Shown: positions 13,401 to 26,510, numbered from the stretch's first letter. The stretch is DNA of 64,000 bases from Kondoa subrosea (GCA_039545335.1 BCIN01000008.1:879528-943527), one strand, 5' to 3'. Notes: generated from the sequence alone by a model not told the origin. Made by a program: numbers and translations.

Positions 13401-13695
13401 ATGGGAATGGTTCGTCAACTGTCTGAATTAATGTCAGTATGCTGTTTGCGGAAGACTCATTTCGAACTGAATCAGGTCACAACCTGTGTAGCCGACGGCG
13501 TCACCATATATTGTAGTCAGTTCTCCACAATCTTTTCAGTGTCGATGATTGTGCTGATACTCATTACTTTGCAGATCAAACCTGCCAAAGAGCTGGTACG
13601 CAGGTTTTAGCTAGCAGAGGCTGTTCTGAGATATACAGAACGCAGACTGGAAGAAGCATCGACTAGAATGCTCAAGAATTAATCTCGTCGAATAA
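13401..13695 (+). pseudogene. Degenerate or truncated MYND zinc-finger gene
   Basis: Two phase-compatible introns give ...TTCVADGVTIYCNQTCQRADWKKHRLEC...*, a MYND tail. The upstream CxxC pairs are degenerate and in-frame stops lie just upstream (13296, 13395). Confidence 0.5.
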
Positions 13696-13876
13696 TCGCA
13701 ATTTTCAGCTATTTCAATCAGATTCTTTACCTCGTTACCTCTATCTGCAATTGATGCGATCTAATACATTGTCGCCCTCTTTTGGTTCGTCTGCCATGTT
13801 TCAGTTCTGGGCCGCTTCTGACGGCTCTAGATTGCAGGTCCCTGCGTTTGTTTTGTTCGGCAAGCTGAATATTCTG

Positions 13877-13901
13877 CTCTCTCTCTCTTTCTCTCTCTCT
13901 C
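13877..13901. repeat. Imperfect (CT)n microsatellite in a 5' region
   Basis: ctctctctctctttctctctctctc just upstream of ATG 13929. Confidence 0.7.
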
Positions 13902-13928
13902 CTCTTGATCTGCTACCATTTTATCAAT

Positions 13929-15875
13929 ATGGATCGTCTTTCAGTGGAACTCAAGGTCAACATCCTTGAACTCTGTGTAGGCAGCTTCGCAAATCACAAG
14001 GAGCGCAATCATTTCCTGCTCGCGTGTTGCGTCCTTTCAAAAGACTGGACCACTCCCTCTCGCGTCGTCTTGCTTCAGCATATTGAAATCAGCTGCCTGG
14101 TCCATCAAGAACGAATCGAATGGCAAGGAAATTCGACGTGGGCAAGACATGCAAGTTGTCAAGTTCTTGGCAATGTCTTCAATCGGACTCGAAGTCGATT
14201 GAGCAAACTGCATGCTTTCTTGATCAGCTATAGGTCAGGTTTCTATCAAATCAAGACGTTGAAGATTTCGAGTATCGAAGGTCAAACTGAAGAATGGTCT
14301 GGATTGGCATGGAAAAGAAGCGTCAAGACTCATTGTCAGCACCTTTCGTGCGCTGAAGTGCCAGGTTGTGTCGGAAAGCCGTATAAGAAGTCATCTCAAA
14401 AGCGGGCTCTCAAAAAGCTTTCTACCCTCCTTACTTCCACTGCTTCAGTCCATCTTGACGTATCACCTTCTCAATTAGAATTCTTTGGCAAGTTTTTCTC
14501 GGCCAAAGTCAGAACAATCACTACCTTCTTTAACGCACCAAATACCGACATTGGATTATTTCATAAAGGTGTTCCGTCATTTGCCAATCTTGACAAGCTC
14601 AATCTTTCGCACGATGACCTCAATTGTCTCAAGCACTCCCTCTGCAATCAGATTGGACGATTTCAACAAGTTTGCGATTTGGCTCGTTCTGACTTCGGGA
14701 GGGCAGAGCTCTTATGGCCCGCCATTCTCCAGTCAAGGAATGCTAAGAAGGCTAAGATTCAGACATTAGCTACTTTATCTCCATCTCTTCTTCCATCTCG
14801 CATAGCTCAAAATCTCTCAGCCCAAATCTGCTCTTTCATCCTAGTAGCCGGAGCGAGATCTTGTACTACTTACAAGCAGCGCAATGCTTTCTTACTATCA
14901 GCTTGTCGCTTCTCAAGGAAATGGGTCTTACCCGCAAGAAAAATATTGCTCGAAGATGTTCGGGTTAACTGCAGCGTTCATCCTGAGCGCAAGAGATGGG
15001 AAGAGAAAGATAACTGGTCTCGAAGGGCAACATGCGAGACTCTCACTGCAGTCTTCGAACGCACTAGAAGTCAGTTCAGCAAACTCGATTCGTTTTTAGC
15101 TGGTGCACCAGATTTGGGACAACCGATCAAGAATCTTACTATTACCTCTTTCTCTGCAAGTCCGGAAGACGAAATTTGGTCAGCTGAAGAATGGAAGAAG
15201 CTACTCGCCCATACTCCTCACGAATATTGCGTTAACAATCAAGTCAAGCAGGAATCGGACGTACTCTATGGCAAGAAACCACTTCGAAGAGCAATGAGTC
15301 GACTTTACGCTTTTCTTTCGCCGATCGGCACTGTTTCCTTACAACTGCCTACCTCTAGTTTGCGGGCATTCGTACGAACTTTCTCAACTCATCTTGTCGA
15401 AGTCGATACTTCCCGCTGTTTACCTTCTTCTCTACTTCGCACGAGCAAGCTTCTGACTTATCTAGCCGATTGTCCGGATCTGCATACCCTTTCTCTCGAT
15501 TCTTATCATTTCAACACCAAGGATCACCGCAACCCAGATCAATATCACCACAATGTCAAGAGCCACAGTAACCCTCTCTATTTCTTACCGCTGCGACTGG
15601 GGAATATTTCTTTGACTGCTTGCACTGGGATAACAGAAGGGAATTGGCTGCAGGCAAAGAGAGATCCGAACTGGATTTCAGGCTTAAAGACACTAAGATT
15701 CAATAAACCCAATGCGAATGTTAGAGTAGAAGAGAAGAAGTTAAGTCATGATTGGGCTTGCGAAATGGCAAGGGATCAGGAGAGATGGGTTCTGGTTGAG
15801 TTTGTTTGCGAAACGGCAGATGAATTGGTTTGTGAGTTCAGTACAGCTTTCTTATTGCTTCCGGTTCAATGCTGA
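13929..15875 (+). CDS. Intronless protein made of two tandem copies of an F-box-like module
   Basis: Uninterrupted ORF of ~648 codons. The halves align (ERNHFLLACCVLSKDW vs QRNAFLLSACRFSRKW; VFNRTRSRLSKLHAFL vs VFERTRSQFSKLDSFL). Paralog at 61153-62220. Confidence 0.75.
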   Translation: MDRLSVELKVNILELCVGSFANHKERNHFLLACCVLSKDWTTPSRVVLLQHIEISCLVHQERIEWQGNSTWARHASCQVLGNVFNRTRSRLSKLHAFLISYRSGFYQIKTLKISSIEGQTEEWSGLAWKRSVKTHCQHLSCAEVPGCVGKPYKKSSQKRALKKLSTLLTSTASVHLDVSPSQLEFFGKFFSAKVRTITTFFNAPNTDIGLFHKGVPSFANLDKLNLSHDDLNCLKHSLCNQIGRFQQVCDLARSDFGRAELLWPAILQSRNAKKAKIQTLATLSPSLLPSRIAQNLSAQICSFILVAGARSCTTYKQRNAFLLSACRFSRKWVLPARKILLEDVRVNCSVHPERKRWEEKDNWSRRATCETLTAVFERTRSQFSKLDSFLAGAPDLGQPIKNLTITSFSASPEDEIWSAEEWKKLLAHTPHEYCVNNQVKQESDVLYGKKPLRRAMSRLYAFLSPIGTVSLQLPTSSLRAFVRTFSTHLVEVDTSRCLPSSLLRTSKLLTYLADCPDLHTLSLDSYHFNTKDHRNPDQYHHNVKSHSNPLYFLPLRLGNISLTACTGITEGNWLQAKRDPNWISGLKTLRFNKPNANVRVEEKKLSHDWACEMARDQERWVLVEFVCETADELVCEFSTAFLLLPVQC

Positions 15876-16392
15876 AACCCTTTGACAGTGCGATAAGCTA
15901 CTTCCTAGCGCGTTCAAGAAGAGGGTCGATTACCTCGAAGATCTTCTCCGCAATCGTTTGGGTTCATCTCAAGTGTAATAGACGACCGGACGGCAATAGT
16001 ACGAGGACTTCCATCAGTCCATGATAATACATAGACGCGCTTTGATGCGGTTGGTGCCGCTCGGCAGAAATGCGTGCAATTTACAGTTATTAATGCTATT
16101 GTTTTCAACATGACACGAGCTCGAGCTTGCTCTTTCTCTCGCTTTGTATGATTAGGAGCAACATCTGATACCACAATCAGCTAGGAAGAGCAGGTCATCT
16201 TATACGCCGTGGAATCTCGCTTCGTTTCTTTTCAGGACTTCTTAGGCCTCTCACTGGATTCTGAGGCTGACGCTCGAAATCTTTGAAGAGCAGCAGCCAG
16301 CAAGGATTCAGCACAGCTGAAGGAAGCTCAATCAAATAAAAGACTCGAAGCTCTCAATCTCGCTGACGGAAGCCCAAGTTCTGCCATTTCGA

Positions 16393-18676
16393 ATGAGCTA
16401 CACACAAACAGAAACAACTCTATCCTATATGCCTGCAAGCGCACCCCCAACGCTTCAAGTCTACCCTCAGTTTCCTGACCAGCTTAGAGCAGTCAATACT
16501 TCCACGACGTCCTTGCCTTTGCCTCTCGCACAGCAATCTAGCAACAGCAGCATGAGTAACGAGAAGTATAGACGGTCAGAGCTACCGACGCCTACTCGCT
16601 CTACTCCTCCCGCTCTACCAAGCAAATCTTCTCGACCTAAGTTCATGCGCAAGTTATCCGCTCCATTTACTTCCAATTCATTCGTTGAAGTACCACCTTT
16701 ACCTGCTCGACCTGGTACTGCTCCTGTCAAAGACACTCCCAGCACAAGTCTCTCTCGACCTGGTCTACGGAATCGAACGACTTCTTCTCCCTTTCTACCA
16801 GCAGCTTTTCAAGCAGCAGCCAGTACAGGCGCAACAAACGCATTGAATCGAATAGCAACAGGAGCAGGTAAAGGCAAACAATTGGCTGTAAAGGCGAATC
16901 ATTGGGGTAGAAACAAGTTCAACGCTTTATCCGCTTCGACCAATGATCGATTATTACCTTCTTCTTCTTCCTCTTCTGGCAATGCAAGAAATAGATCAGC
17001 TTCTTCTCCTCCTATCTCTTCATCTTCATCGTCTTCGCAATATCAAACTATATTAGGTGTCAAAGTACCGAAATCAGCGTTGCTCACGGATCAAGGTCAA
17101 GTTTTTGGCAAACCATTATCGGATGCAGTAGATCGGACGAGATTGATTTCACCTGAACGATTGGCGAGTGAAAGTTTGCTGCATACTCTTGGTGCCAAGA
17201 GTCAAAGAGAAAAGGAAAGATGGGAAGCCACAGCTTGGTTACCTGGGATTGCTATAAGGTGTTTGGAGTATATTGAGATGCACGCTGAGGAAGAGGGTTT
17301 ATATCGGCGAGTTTCGAGCAGCCTGTACTGATGTTACATGAATCTAACTTGAAGCTTAAACCCACAGAGTTCCTGGAAGTGCACAACAAGTACAGCAACT
17401 TAAGATGCTTTTTGACTCTGGCTTGGATTTGGATCTACGGACCAAGCCTGCAAGTGAATTGGACCCTCATGCGGTCGCTAGTCTGTTCAAAACATGGCTC
17501 AGAGAATGTGAGAATGCGCTTACCTGGCCAACTCGCTGGCTAACAATAAATATCACAGTACCTGGTTCGCTCTTCACCTTGGACCTGGAGCCCATATTGG
17601 ATCAACTTATGTATTCAAGCTTGGGCGCACCAGCAACCTCCAGGCATAGTCTAGCGCACTCGCCTTCCTTGAATTCATCTGGCCATCACTCAATAACAAG
17701 ACCGCCGATACACTTATTGGACAAGATGTCGATAGTCCTTCTTACTTTGCCTATGGAGCGATGGCAGCTCTTACGAGAAATAGCAGCGCATCTTGCTCAC
17801 TTGGACGCTTATTCGGACCAGAACAAGATGACTCTTTCTAATCTTCGTCTGATTCTTTCCCCTACTCTACACATGTCTCCCGCTATGCTTCAAGTCTTAG
17901 TCCAAAATCGAGCAATGCTGTTCGATCGCGAAAGAGCCAAAGCCTTAGCATCACCTCGACCTTCTCCAAATAACTCTCGACAACCTTCTACTATATCCAA
18001 CGCTTCTTCTGCCACCCGTTCTCCAACTCAAGAACAGTCTGCCTCCTTTGCAGCCCAACAAGCTCAAACACTGGGTACACAATGGCGAATGTCTCCTTCA
18101 AAAGCTGCGAGCGCTCCCTCTTCTCCTACTCCAATAGCTTCACAATTCTCATCTCCTCAACCGACGCCAATAGCAGCCAAATACTCTTCTCCCTCTTCTT
18201 CACCAATCAAAGACTCCGTACCCTCTTATATTCCCAAACGAGATCCAGAAGGCAATATTCTTTTCGCTAACCGAGAACGTCGAATGTCTACATCTAGCAT
18301 GAACAGCGTCGTATCGCAAGTCATTCCAATTCGCAGAAAACCTTCTTTTAGCGAAACTCGTCAACCCTCCTCTCTACCTCCACCTGTCTCATTACCTTCT
18401 TCTCTATCGAAACCGCAACCCTATGGTGGGAATTCTACACCTGACTTATCGCGATCGAGTGAAGAAGAGGGTGCAACGAGTGAAGAAGCCGTAGAAATCT
18501 GTGAAACTGGCGGAATCGCTACTTCGACAATGATGACAAGTACAAGAAGTCCACCAATTTTGGCAACGAAACCTTTGCCGAGAAGTTCACCTAGTTTACC
18601 TCCCCTAGTACTAGAGGAACAACCTTTCGAAGAGTTTTTGAGCGTGGAAGACAGGAAGAGGTTCTTTGCTGCTTAG
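16393..18676 (+). CDS. RhoGAP domain protein
   Basis: GQVFGKPL, LPGIAIRCLEYIE, EEEGLYR|VPGS (arginine finger across an intron), DPHAVASLFKTWLRE, NKMTLSNL. Pro/Ser-rich flanks. Confidence 0.9.
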
Positions 18677-18917
18677 AATTGATAAGTAATTGATCACGGG
18701 GAGGACTTTTATCTTTGTTATAATTATCTAGTATCTGTTGTGTATTTCGTAATCATGGGGAGAATCATTGCATGCGAACTTTTAGTGAACAGTCAACGAA
18801 TCTTCATTTGAAAAGCGACAATAACGAAGTAAAAAGTATTACACCGTATATAAGACAGAAAAGAAAAAAAGCTATATTTGATACACGACTATTTTGCGAG
18901 ACAATCGTCCTGGGGTT

Positions 18918-20865
18918 TTACTGAGCATAGAAACCACTTGCATCACTTGCTCGGTGAGAATGAGTAGCCATCATGCTTGATCTGTTGCTAGTCCTGCTAT
19001 GCGCATGCGCGTGACCTTGAGCGAAAAAAAGATCTTCTCTTTGATCTTCTTGATCTTGAATACCCAAACCATTAGTAGTAGAAGTCTGGATGTTTGAATA
19101 GCTTGAATAATTAGAATAAGTGGAATCTGGTCGAAGAAGAGCTGGAGAAGGTTGGTTCAACAGCAAGTTTGGAGTGAAAGTCAAAGAAGTAGAAGAAGCT
19201 GAAGGAGTCATGAATTTATCTTCGTCTGCTTCTGCATCACCTGGTTGAGTTGAAGCGATGCTGTTCTTTGATTGGGAGGGAGTAAGGAATTGACGAAGGA
19301 CATTCTTCTTCACTTTGGCATCGGTAATAGGTAAAGTATTCTTGTTCTGAGAATAGACCTGTCAAATGCGGCGGCCTGGGTATCAGCCTTTATCTGATAA
19401 ATGTGACAACCTGCACTGACCGCTAAAGCTTGATCAGGGCTTAAAGAATCCCTCGCAGCCATTCTAGGCATCTTCATACTAACTTCACTAGTTTTCCTCT
19501 TGTGTCCTCCACCAGTTGTCTCTTCATCGTTGGAGGAAGTAAGAGCTTGCATATCATGTTGCGAACCAATCACTTCTTGTTCCATACCCAATTTACTCAA
19601 TCTAGATTTCCCAGCAATCACACTTAAAGCACCAGCGCAAGAATCATCATCTTCCATACCGTTGGAAAATTCGTTACGTAAAGAAGAAGTCATTGATGGT
19701 TTCCCACTTTTATGAGATCGATTGAAATCGCCAGTAGAAGTAAAAACTGAAGGTGAATCTTGTTCGGGAGATAGAGGACCAAGAACATCTTGTGCATTGT
19801 TTGATGAGATTGAAGTGTTGAATCCACCGTTTCTACCTACTTTAGGGAAAGAGATACCAGAAGAAGGACGAGCTTGGTGAGTTTTGCTAGGGGATGGGAA
19901 ATTTGGAGGTGTAGCAAAAGAAATTCTTGATCTTCTATCACCACCTTCCCTCATTGTTTCTCCTGATGGACGAGAATTGACCGAAGCGAAAAAGTTGGAG
20001 TTGCGTAAAGGAGAAGTATTTGGACCAGCGAAAGAATTGCGATTGTCTGAAAAAGCGTATGAAGCGTTTGAACCACCTCGAGCATGAGTGTTGGCGAAAG
20101 AAGGTGCTTGAGACATTTGCGACATTCTGTGCGACATTGAAAAACCTTCATGAGACGATGCTCATAAGCGAAAAATACCCTGACGCACCTTTTTTGAACA
20201 ACACCAGACCAGCGTTTGCTTGAACTCTTGCTCTTCTTTCTGCTCCATACCAAATACCCAACCAAGCAAGCGATGATCGCCAGGAGAGGAATAGCGACCG
20301 CTGCGGCTAGTTTTCCACCAGTGACACCAGTTTCTTTCTTTGGTGCAACTTGAACCTTGTTATCAAAGTTTGGGTTGGAAGTGACTGATTTAGGAGGAGC
20401 TGTTCCATTGAAGTTGACATTGAAAGAAGGACCGACGGCCATTGTAGTTGCCCAAGGAGGATCTCCAGCTGTAAGCCGCGGATCAATGCATTGTTCAATG
20501 TCAAAACCTGATTCGGACGACTGACCAGCAACAAATTGTAATCTCATAGCTTCGTCTCCAGCAACAGTAGCATTGTACCAGTTTGCCATAATCTGAGTAT
20601 CAAATTGACCATTTTTGGCAGGAATATCTTTCCAAGCAAAGATGGGGCCATTGTCTGATTTGCCTTGTTCCAAATCATACAAATAAATGTCGAGCAATGA
20701 AATTTCAGCAGTCAAACATGAAGGGTTCCATTCTAATGTGATAGGAGAGTAAGCTGAAATGGTTGCGCCTTGAGCAGGTGCAGTGTAAGGAGAGCAGGTT
20801 TGGCGCTTCTTGTGAATAGATTTCCTGAACCGATCGAAAGGTATACCAGGGAACAAATGAGCCAT
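18918..20865 (-). CDS. Single-pass membrane protein with extracellular beta-domain and Ser-rich cytoplasmic tail (Mid2/Axl2-like topology)
   Basis: APAQGATISAYSPITLEWNPSCL domain, TM segment GKLAAAVAIPLLAIIACLVGYLVW followed by SRKK, then a long low-complexity tail. Confidence 0.65.
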
Positions 20866-22947
20866 GTTGGGGATTGATGCTTAAAAGAAGAAGGGCGTCG
20901 ATGCAAAGCCAAGTGTGTTTGTTTGTTTTGAATTTTCGAGCGTAGATCCTACTTGAACTTGTGCAGAGTCGTGTACTATGAGAGTCTCAAGCCAGTTGTA
21001 AGCAGACTGTGATGGGTAGAAAGTCGAAAGATGGGACAGAAAAGAAGCGAGGTTCGAGCTGAGGGGTGGAAAGTGCAGGCCGTCGAGGTGTGTTAAAGGA
21101 ATGTGGATTGGCGCTGTAGTCTAGTAGTACGTGTGCAGCTCTGAGTGCAGAGAGCTGTTCAAAAGCTTATGAATAATGGTGGAACTGAGAAAAGAAGAGC
21201 AAGGTCAAAACTCACAAAAAGGCTCCTCTTGAAACCATCCTCGATCAGATCATTAAAAGCCAGAGCCAGTGCATGATATCCGTACAGTGATACCAGAGCC
21301 TACTCAGTACCCTTCCATTCGTTTTATTCTCCGTTTCCTCGTTCTTCCCTTCAACTTCGCGATTCGATATGACTAGTGCACTTGCGATTCACTGTGACGT
21401 GCATATCGCAGACAAACATGGCAATAGTGTCGAAACAAAGCATGCGCTTGCTTTGCCTATCCGTCTTGTATTCCCTCATGTACGCTTGGACTCGTTGACG
21501 CGAGGCGTGTCTGATTTTCCTCGAACGGAATGCCAGCTTACAGAAGGCGAGCGTACTGTGGTTATATCAAGCTACGATCAATTATCAGATGACAATGAAG
21601 CGATAACTTTGATTGGCAAATTTTGTCATGAAGTGAGTGGGAACAAGGCTGCTGCTTATGCTTTATGGATTAATGAGCGGGAGGCAAACAGAAATTCGCT
21701 GTTCCTTCTCTGCCAAAAACTACTTGGTACTGTATCTCTTGCGATAAAGCGACACAAGAAGCTGGATACGGTATCACCTTTGTTAACAACGAATGCGACC
21801 CTCCAGTAATCCATCTCTACGTCAGTGACCTGAATGATCTTTCTCCTGTCTCTCGATCTTGGCGCTAACTTGCGCCAGGTCCGATTTGCGATCGATCAAA
21901 TGCGGACTGTCAAGCAGCTGTCAAAAAGTATACTAACAGGCTGGTGGACGCGGACATGAAAGACAGAAGTGTGGCAGTTGAAAGGCAGATCCGGAGGGTG
22001 TGCGCAATGTGTGGTACTGTTGACCATGTCAGGAAAAGATGTGCATGTCGTCTGAACGATTACTACTGCAGTACGCGTAAGTTGTTCTTTGTCTTACATT
22101 GTTTGTGATCGATCTAAGATGGATACATAGAGTGTCAAGCTAAGCACTGGGAACACCATAAATCTATCTGTTTGAAAGCTCGCAAGATCAAGACGAAGGC
22201 CCCAGAAGCAGCTCAAGCGACGCAGCAGAGTTCTTAATGTGCCGCTGCAAGGTATATCAGTCAGACCTGTACTGCCAAACACTTCATCACGATGGCGATG
22301 GCAAACTCTTCAAGCTTGCGCACTGGCTTTTCGTCTTCTTCTCCCGTCTTCATTCCTTTGATGCCTTCTTGATCTGTATATCTGAGCTTTCGGCGATCAT
22401 TTAATATTCTATGCTCCGGTACTCTGGCGAAAGCTACAGTCAAACCCGATTCCAAGGGTCTTCTTGCAGTTTTGTTCAACCTCCATCTGTACACTATGTC
22501 TGTAGCGGAAACATTCTTCCTATACAAGGGTCCACAGATCATTTTGTGCGAAATCCCTATACATTCACCCAGGCAAGGGACCTGATGAGAGCTGATTGAT
22601 AACTATTCAATACTTACCTTATCAGAAGACTTTCTTTCCGTCTTCTGTTCGTTTTTGCCACTCTTCATCTACCTTTTTGAGCTTTCAATGGATCAGTGTA
22701 CTTGGCTATGCTTTCTGTTTTCTTGCAGTATTTACAACTTTAGTTCAGTACATACAATGCTTGTTGCGGTTCGCATCCTCCGCATGCCAAGTTCCGCAGA
22801 TCATCTTTCTGAAAGTCATCTGCGCAAATTCACAATCACATGAACGAACACACATCAATCTAATCAACATCGCAAAAGTCCAGCAAATTACATCCATTGA
22901 TAATCTAGCAAGCAGTACACTCAAATAAATAACGACGAGATCTAAGT

Positions 22948-23779
22948 CTACAAAACCACTGCAGCAGCCAAACCAACAACGAAAGCAATGACATTTCCTC
23001 CGGCTATCAATTTCGTTCCTGATGAAGTAGGAGTGCTGGAAGTAGCTGATACAGCTGAAGAAGTTGATGATGCCATACCTAAAATTCAAGATCAGCATGT
23101 CTTTAGTGTTGCTATGTATTCACTCACTCGAAAACATTGACGAAGTAGGCATAGAAGATGAAGTAGGCATAGAAGAAGAAGAAGAGACCATTGATGCTGA
23201 ACTTGATGATGCACCACCAGAGACAGCAGCGGAAGAAACGGCAACACCACAACCAGCTTGAATTTCTATGCCCAAATATTTAAGTTACCTCGTTCGTCAA
23301 ATAAAGGGGGAGAAACGTACGAGCTACTCCTTGAGTTATTTCCTGAGCTGATGCAGCAGGAATGGTAGGATCAGAAATGGTGCAATCCACACAAGCCTGC
23401 AATTACCAAGTTGGATCAATAAAAACTTATAACGCGTTGATAAACGGGGAAAGCTTACTTGTAATTGAGACAGATTGTCCGTCGTACAAACGCAATTCAC
23501 ATAATCTGGTGTATTGTCACCATTGATACAGGCCTGTACGGTAGCATGGCACATAAGATTGTATGAATCTTCAGCGAGCCATTCGAACGTACTTGAACAA
23601 TAGTGTTGACTGATGAGCAGACTGTAAGGCATTGAGATTGCCTAGCGACCAACTGCGAAGGCATGAAAGCCGCTATTCACGCGCGCCTTTATCAGATCCA
23701 TTCCTTTGAGTTTGTTATTAAATCCCATCTCACACGTTGAAGCTGCCAAGAAAGCGCTGACAATAATGAGGGATCTCAT
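22948..23779 (-). CDS. Small secreted Cys-rich, probably GPI-anchored protein
   Basis: Signal peptide MRSLIIVSAFLAAS, a Cys domain (CLT...ACING...NCVCT...ACVDC...GC), a Ser-rich linker and a hydrophobic tail GNVIAFVVGLAAAVVL*. Confidence 0.7.
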
Positions 23780-23897
23780 TGTGTATGTGTGTAAGGACAG
23801 TGGATAGGAAAAGAGCGTGGGTTGAAGAGTGAGGAGAGGCAAGGGTGGACTTTGGAGATGTTGGATGCAGGCAGACAAGGTTGGAATTAGACAAGCA

Positions 23898-24608
23898 ATG
23901 AGCTTTTGGCAAGCCATCACTAGATTCTTTAGTCCTGCTCCTGTGTGTCCCTCTGATACTATTGACTGTAGAGATCATCGGTCTAACATGGCTTTGCTGA
24001 TTTCCTAGATCTCGCCTCAAGATATGCAAGCAGCCAAAGCAGTCGTTGAAGTACTTAGTCTCTTCTTCAATCATCTTTCCTAGTGTCTTATATATCCTCT
24101 TCTGTTGATTAGAGTTTGATCTCTCGTTATCCAGTTGCGGTCTTTTCCAAATCATGTACTTCTTTCTCCTTCGATTTTTCTCTGTGTCGATCACCTTGCT
24201 TACTATAGCATTCTAGACTGCCCTTACTGCACAAGAGCAAAGAATACTCTCTCTTCAGCTTTCCCAGCAAACGCAATCGGTGTAGTGGAACTAGATGATG
24301 TCGATAACGGATCTGATATTGTATGTTGATTCCTGATCTTACGATGAAAGATCTTGCCAACTGATCTGCGTGCTTAGCAAACGGCATTGGCTGAAAGAGC
24401 GAACAGATCAAGAGTTACAGTACCTCAAGTAAGTGTCACTCTATGTCTTTTTGCTTTCTTCGTGCTAAATGAGAGACCTCATTAGGTCTATCTCAAAGGC
24501 AAATTGATCGGAGGCAATGATGATCTTCAAAGTTTCGCAAACACAAGTGAATTCAAAGAACTCATCAAATCAATTACAGCGGACAGTGGTAATGCAGCTA
24601 AATTGTAA
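23898..24608 (+). CDS. Dithiol glutaredoxin (CPYC) with N-terminal extension and C-terminal AKL
   Basis: VAVFSKS, CPYCTRAK, VVELDDVDNGSDIQ, TVPQVYLKGKLIGGNDDL. Ends GNAAKL*. Confidence 0.9.
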
Positions 24609-24675
24609 TTCAATATGAACGATATGTAATATATACACAATGTATTATTCACTATCTTACGCTGTTTACTTGTAT

Positions 24676-26490
24676 TCAACCAGGCGTCTCACCCAATGCG
24701 TCACTCAATAAAGCTTCATTCTGTTGAGCACGAGGTGTACCAGGCATCATCATCACTTCTTCTTGAATATTATCAAAATAACCTCCTCCTCCTCCCTTTT
24801 GCTGTTGTTGTTGAGCTAAACCAGGTCGAAAAGCTTTACCCAAATCACCAAAGGAAATAGGTACGTTTTGTGCCAAGTTTGGCATAGAAGTCGTTCGATT
24901 GAATTTAGCTGGAGTAGCCATGACTAGAGTTCTTTTATTGCTCATGCCTGTGATACGAGAGTATGTATCAGCTGATGAGAGAACCACTTCAAGAATGAAG
25001 AAGAGAACCAACGTTTTGGACTTGCTTGTTTCCTTTTACTAGGTCTAGCTTTCCCACCATTGACAGGAGGTACGTTTGAACCCATTTTCTTACTCTGTTG
25101 CTGATCACCGTTCATAATACCACCACCAAAACCGACAGTAGTAGTAGAAGAAGAAGGTCCTTGACTCATGCTTCTACTACTCATTTGAACTTCTCGATTC
25201 CCAAACAAGTTTTTACCAGAATTGCTACTTTTACTTCTTTGCAATTTACCCTTGTTCAAACCAATACTACTTCCATTATTATTCATCATCATCGTATTAG
25301 GGGGTAAAGAGGGAGCTTTATTGATACCCATTAGTTTAGCTAAAGTAGGTGAAGCAGGAGCTTTTTGACTTTCGGCAAAAGCAGTTTCTTGAGCTTCTTG
25401 TTTCGTTTGGGCTAATCGTAATAAATTCGGTGTAGCTGATACAGCTGATGCTAAGATTCTTTGAGATTGAGATTTACTCTGTTGGTTGTCGTTTCCTTCT
25501 TCATCTGAGGAAGAAGCTGGTGAACCAGGTGCTGAAGGGAAGAGTTTGGCTTTATGTCGAGAGAGGTACGGAGTTGGAAGACGTGAGGCGTATCTGTGAG
25601 CAATCTTATATCATCTACATCCAACAGATGAAGGTGATAAGCAAGACTCACAAGTGCTCTGCGACCTTCTCCCAAAACAGCTGAACATCATCCAAATCTT
25701 GAACAGCTTGCGAATCCGTTCCAATGATGTCGCCCAGGTCATTGACGGCCTGATGGATCGCCAACCGATCGGTAAGCATGTCTAAAGCAGCACTTGTGGG
25801 ATCGCTTGATTGTCTTGAGGTTTGAGGTGAAACGATATTGGCTAAAGCATCGGTATTGAGGCAAGCTAAGGATTCCAGTAGTAGCAATATCTGTAGTTCG
25901 TGTCTATTGTCCCCATATCAGCCTCCCAACTCCAGAAGATCGCTGAGAACTGACTCTTGCAATTCCTGCAAACCAACCCATCTCCTGATTTGAGCCTTCT
26001 TCCACTTCTCAGTCTTTCCCTCATCGTTCAAACGACTATCTTCTTCCCAAGCAGCATAAGCTCTAGATAAAGCTGTATGTTCCTCGACCGATTCCAAGCC
26101 AGCAACCTGATCTCCTTCGCTCAATAGAACAGGTACCATTGTTCTCCATTTCTGATCCAGTTCACTTAGTGGTACGAGCAGAGATTCAAGCAGTTCTGAC
26201 GGCAGTTGAGAGGAAGAAAGCAAAAGTCCAAAATCTAGTATTCGATTCAGAGGTTCTTTGAGCGATGATTTGCCAATTTTATCGGCTGAAGCGGAGTACA
26301 GAGCATGGAGATAGCGCTCATGAACGGCAGACGCGTCCAGAATGACAGCTCTGCCTGCTGTTCGAAGTTGTTTTGTTGCACTACTTTCTGCAACATGCGA
26401 AGTGCTAGAAGAGCCTGGTTTAGAGTCTATAGGGTAATTAGGTTCCAAAGGCCATGGTATAGGACAGTTGTAAGCCAAGAGCTCGTACAT
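24676..26490 (-). CDS. SLD3: Probable DNA replication initiation factor Sld3/Treslin-like
   Basis: ELQILLLLESL...LDMLTDRLAIHQAV...VQLFWEKV resembles the Sld3 Cdc45-binding core. A disordered C-terminus contains NREVQM and TP CDK sites. Confidence 0.6.
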
Positions 26491-26510
26491 GGAAGTTCCA
26501 AGACAGGAAA

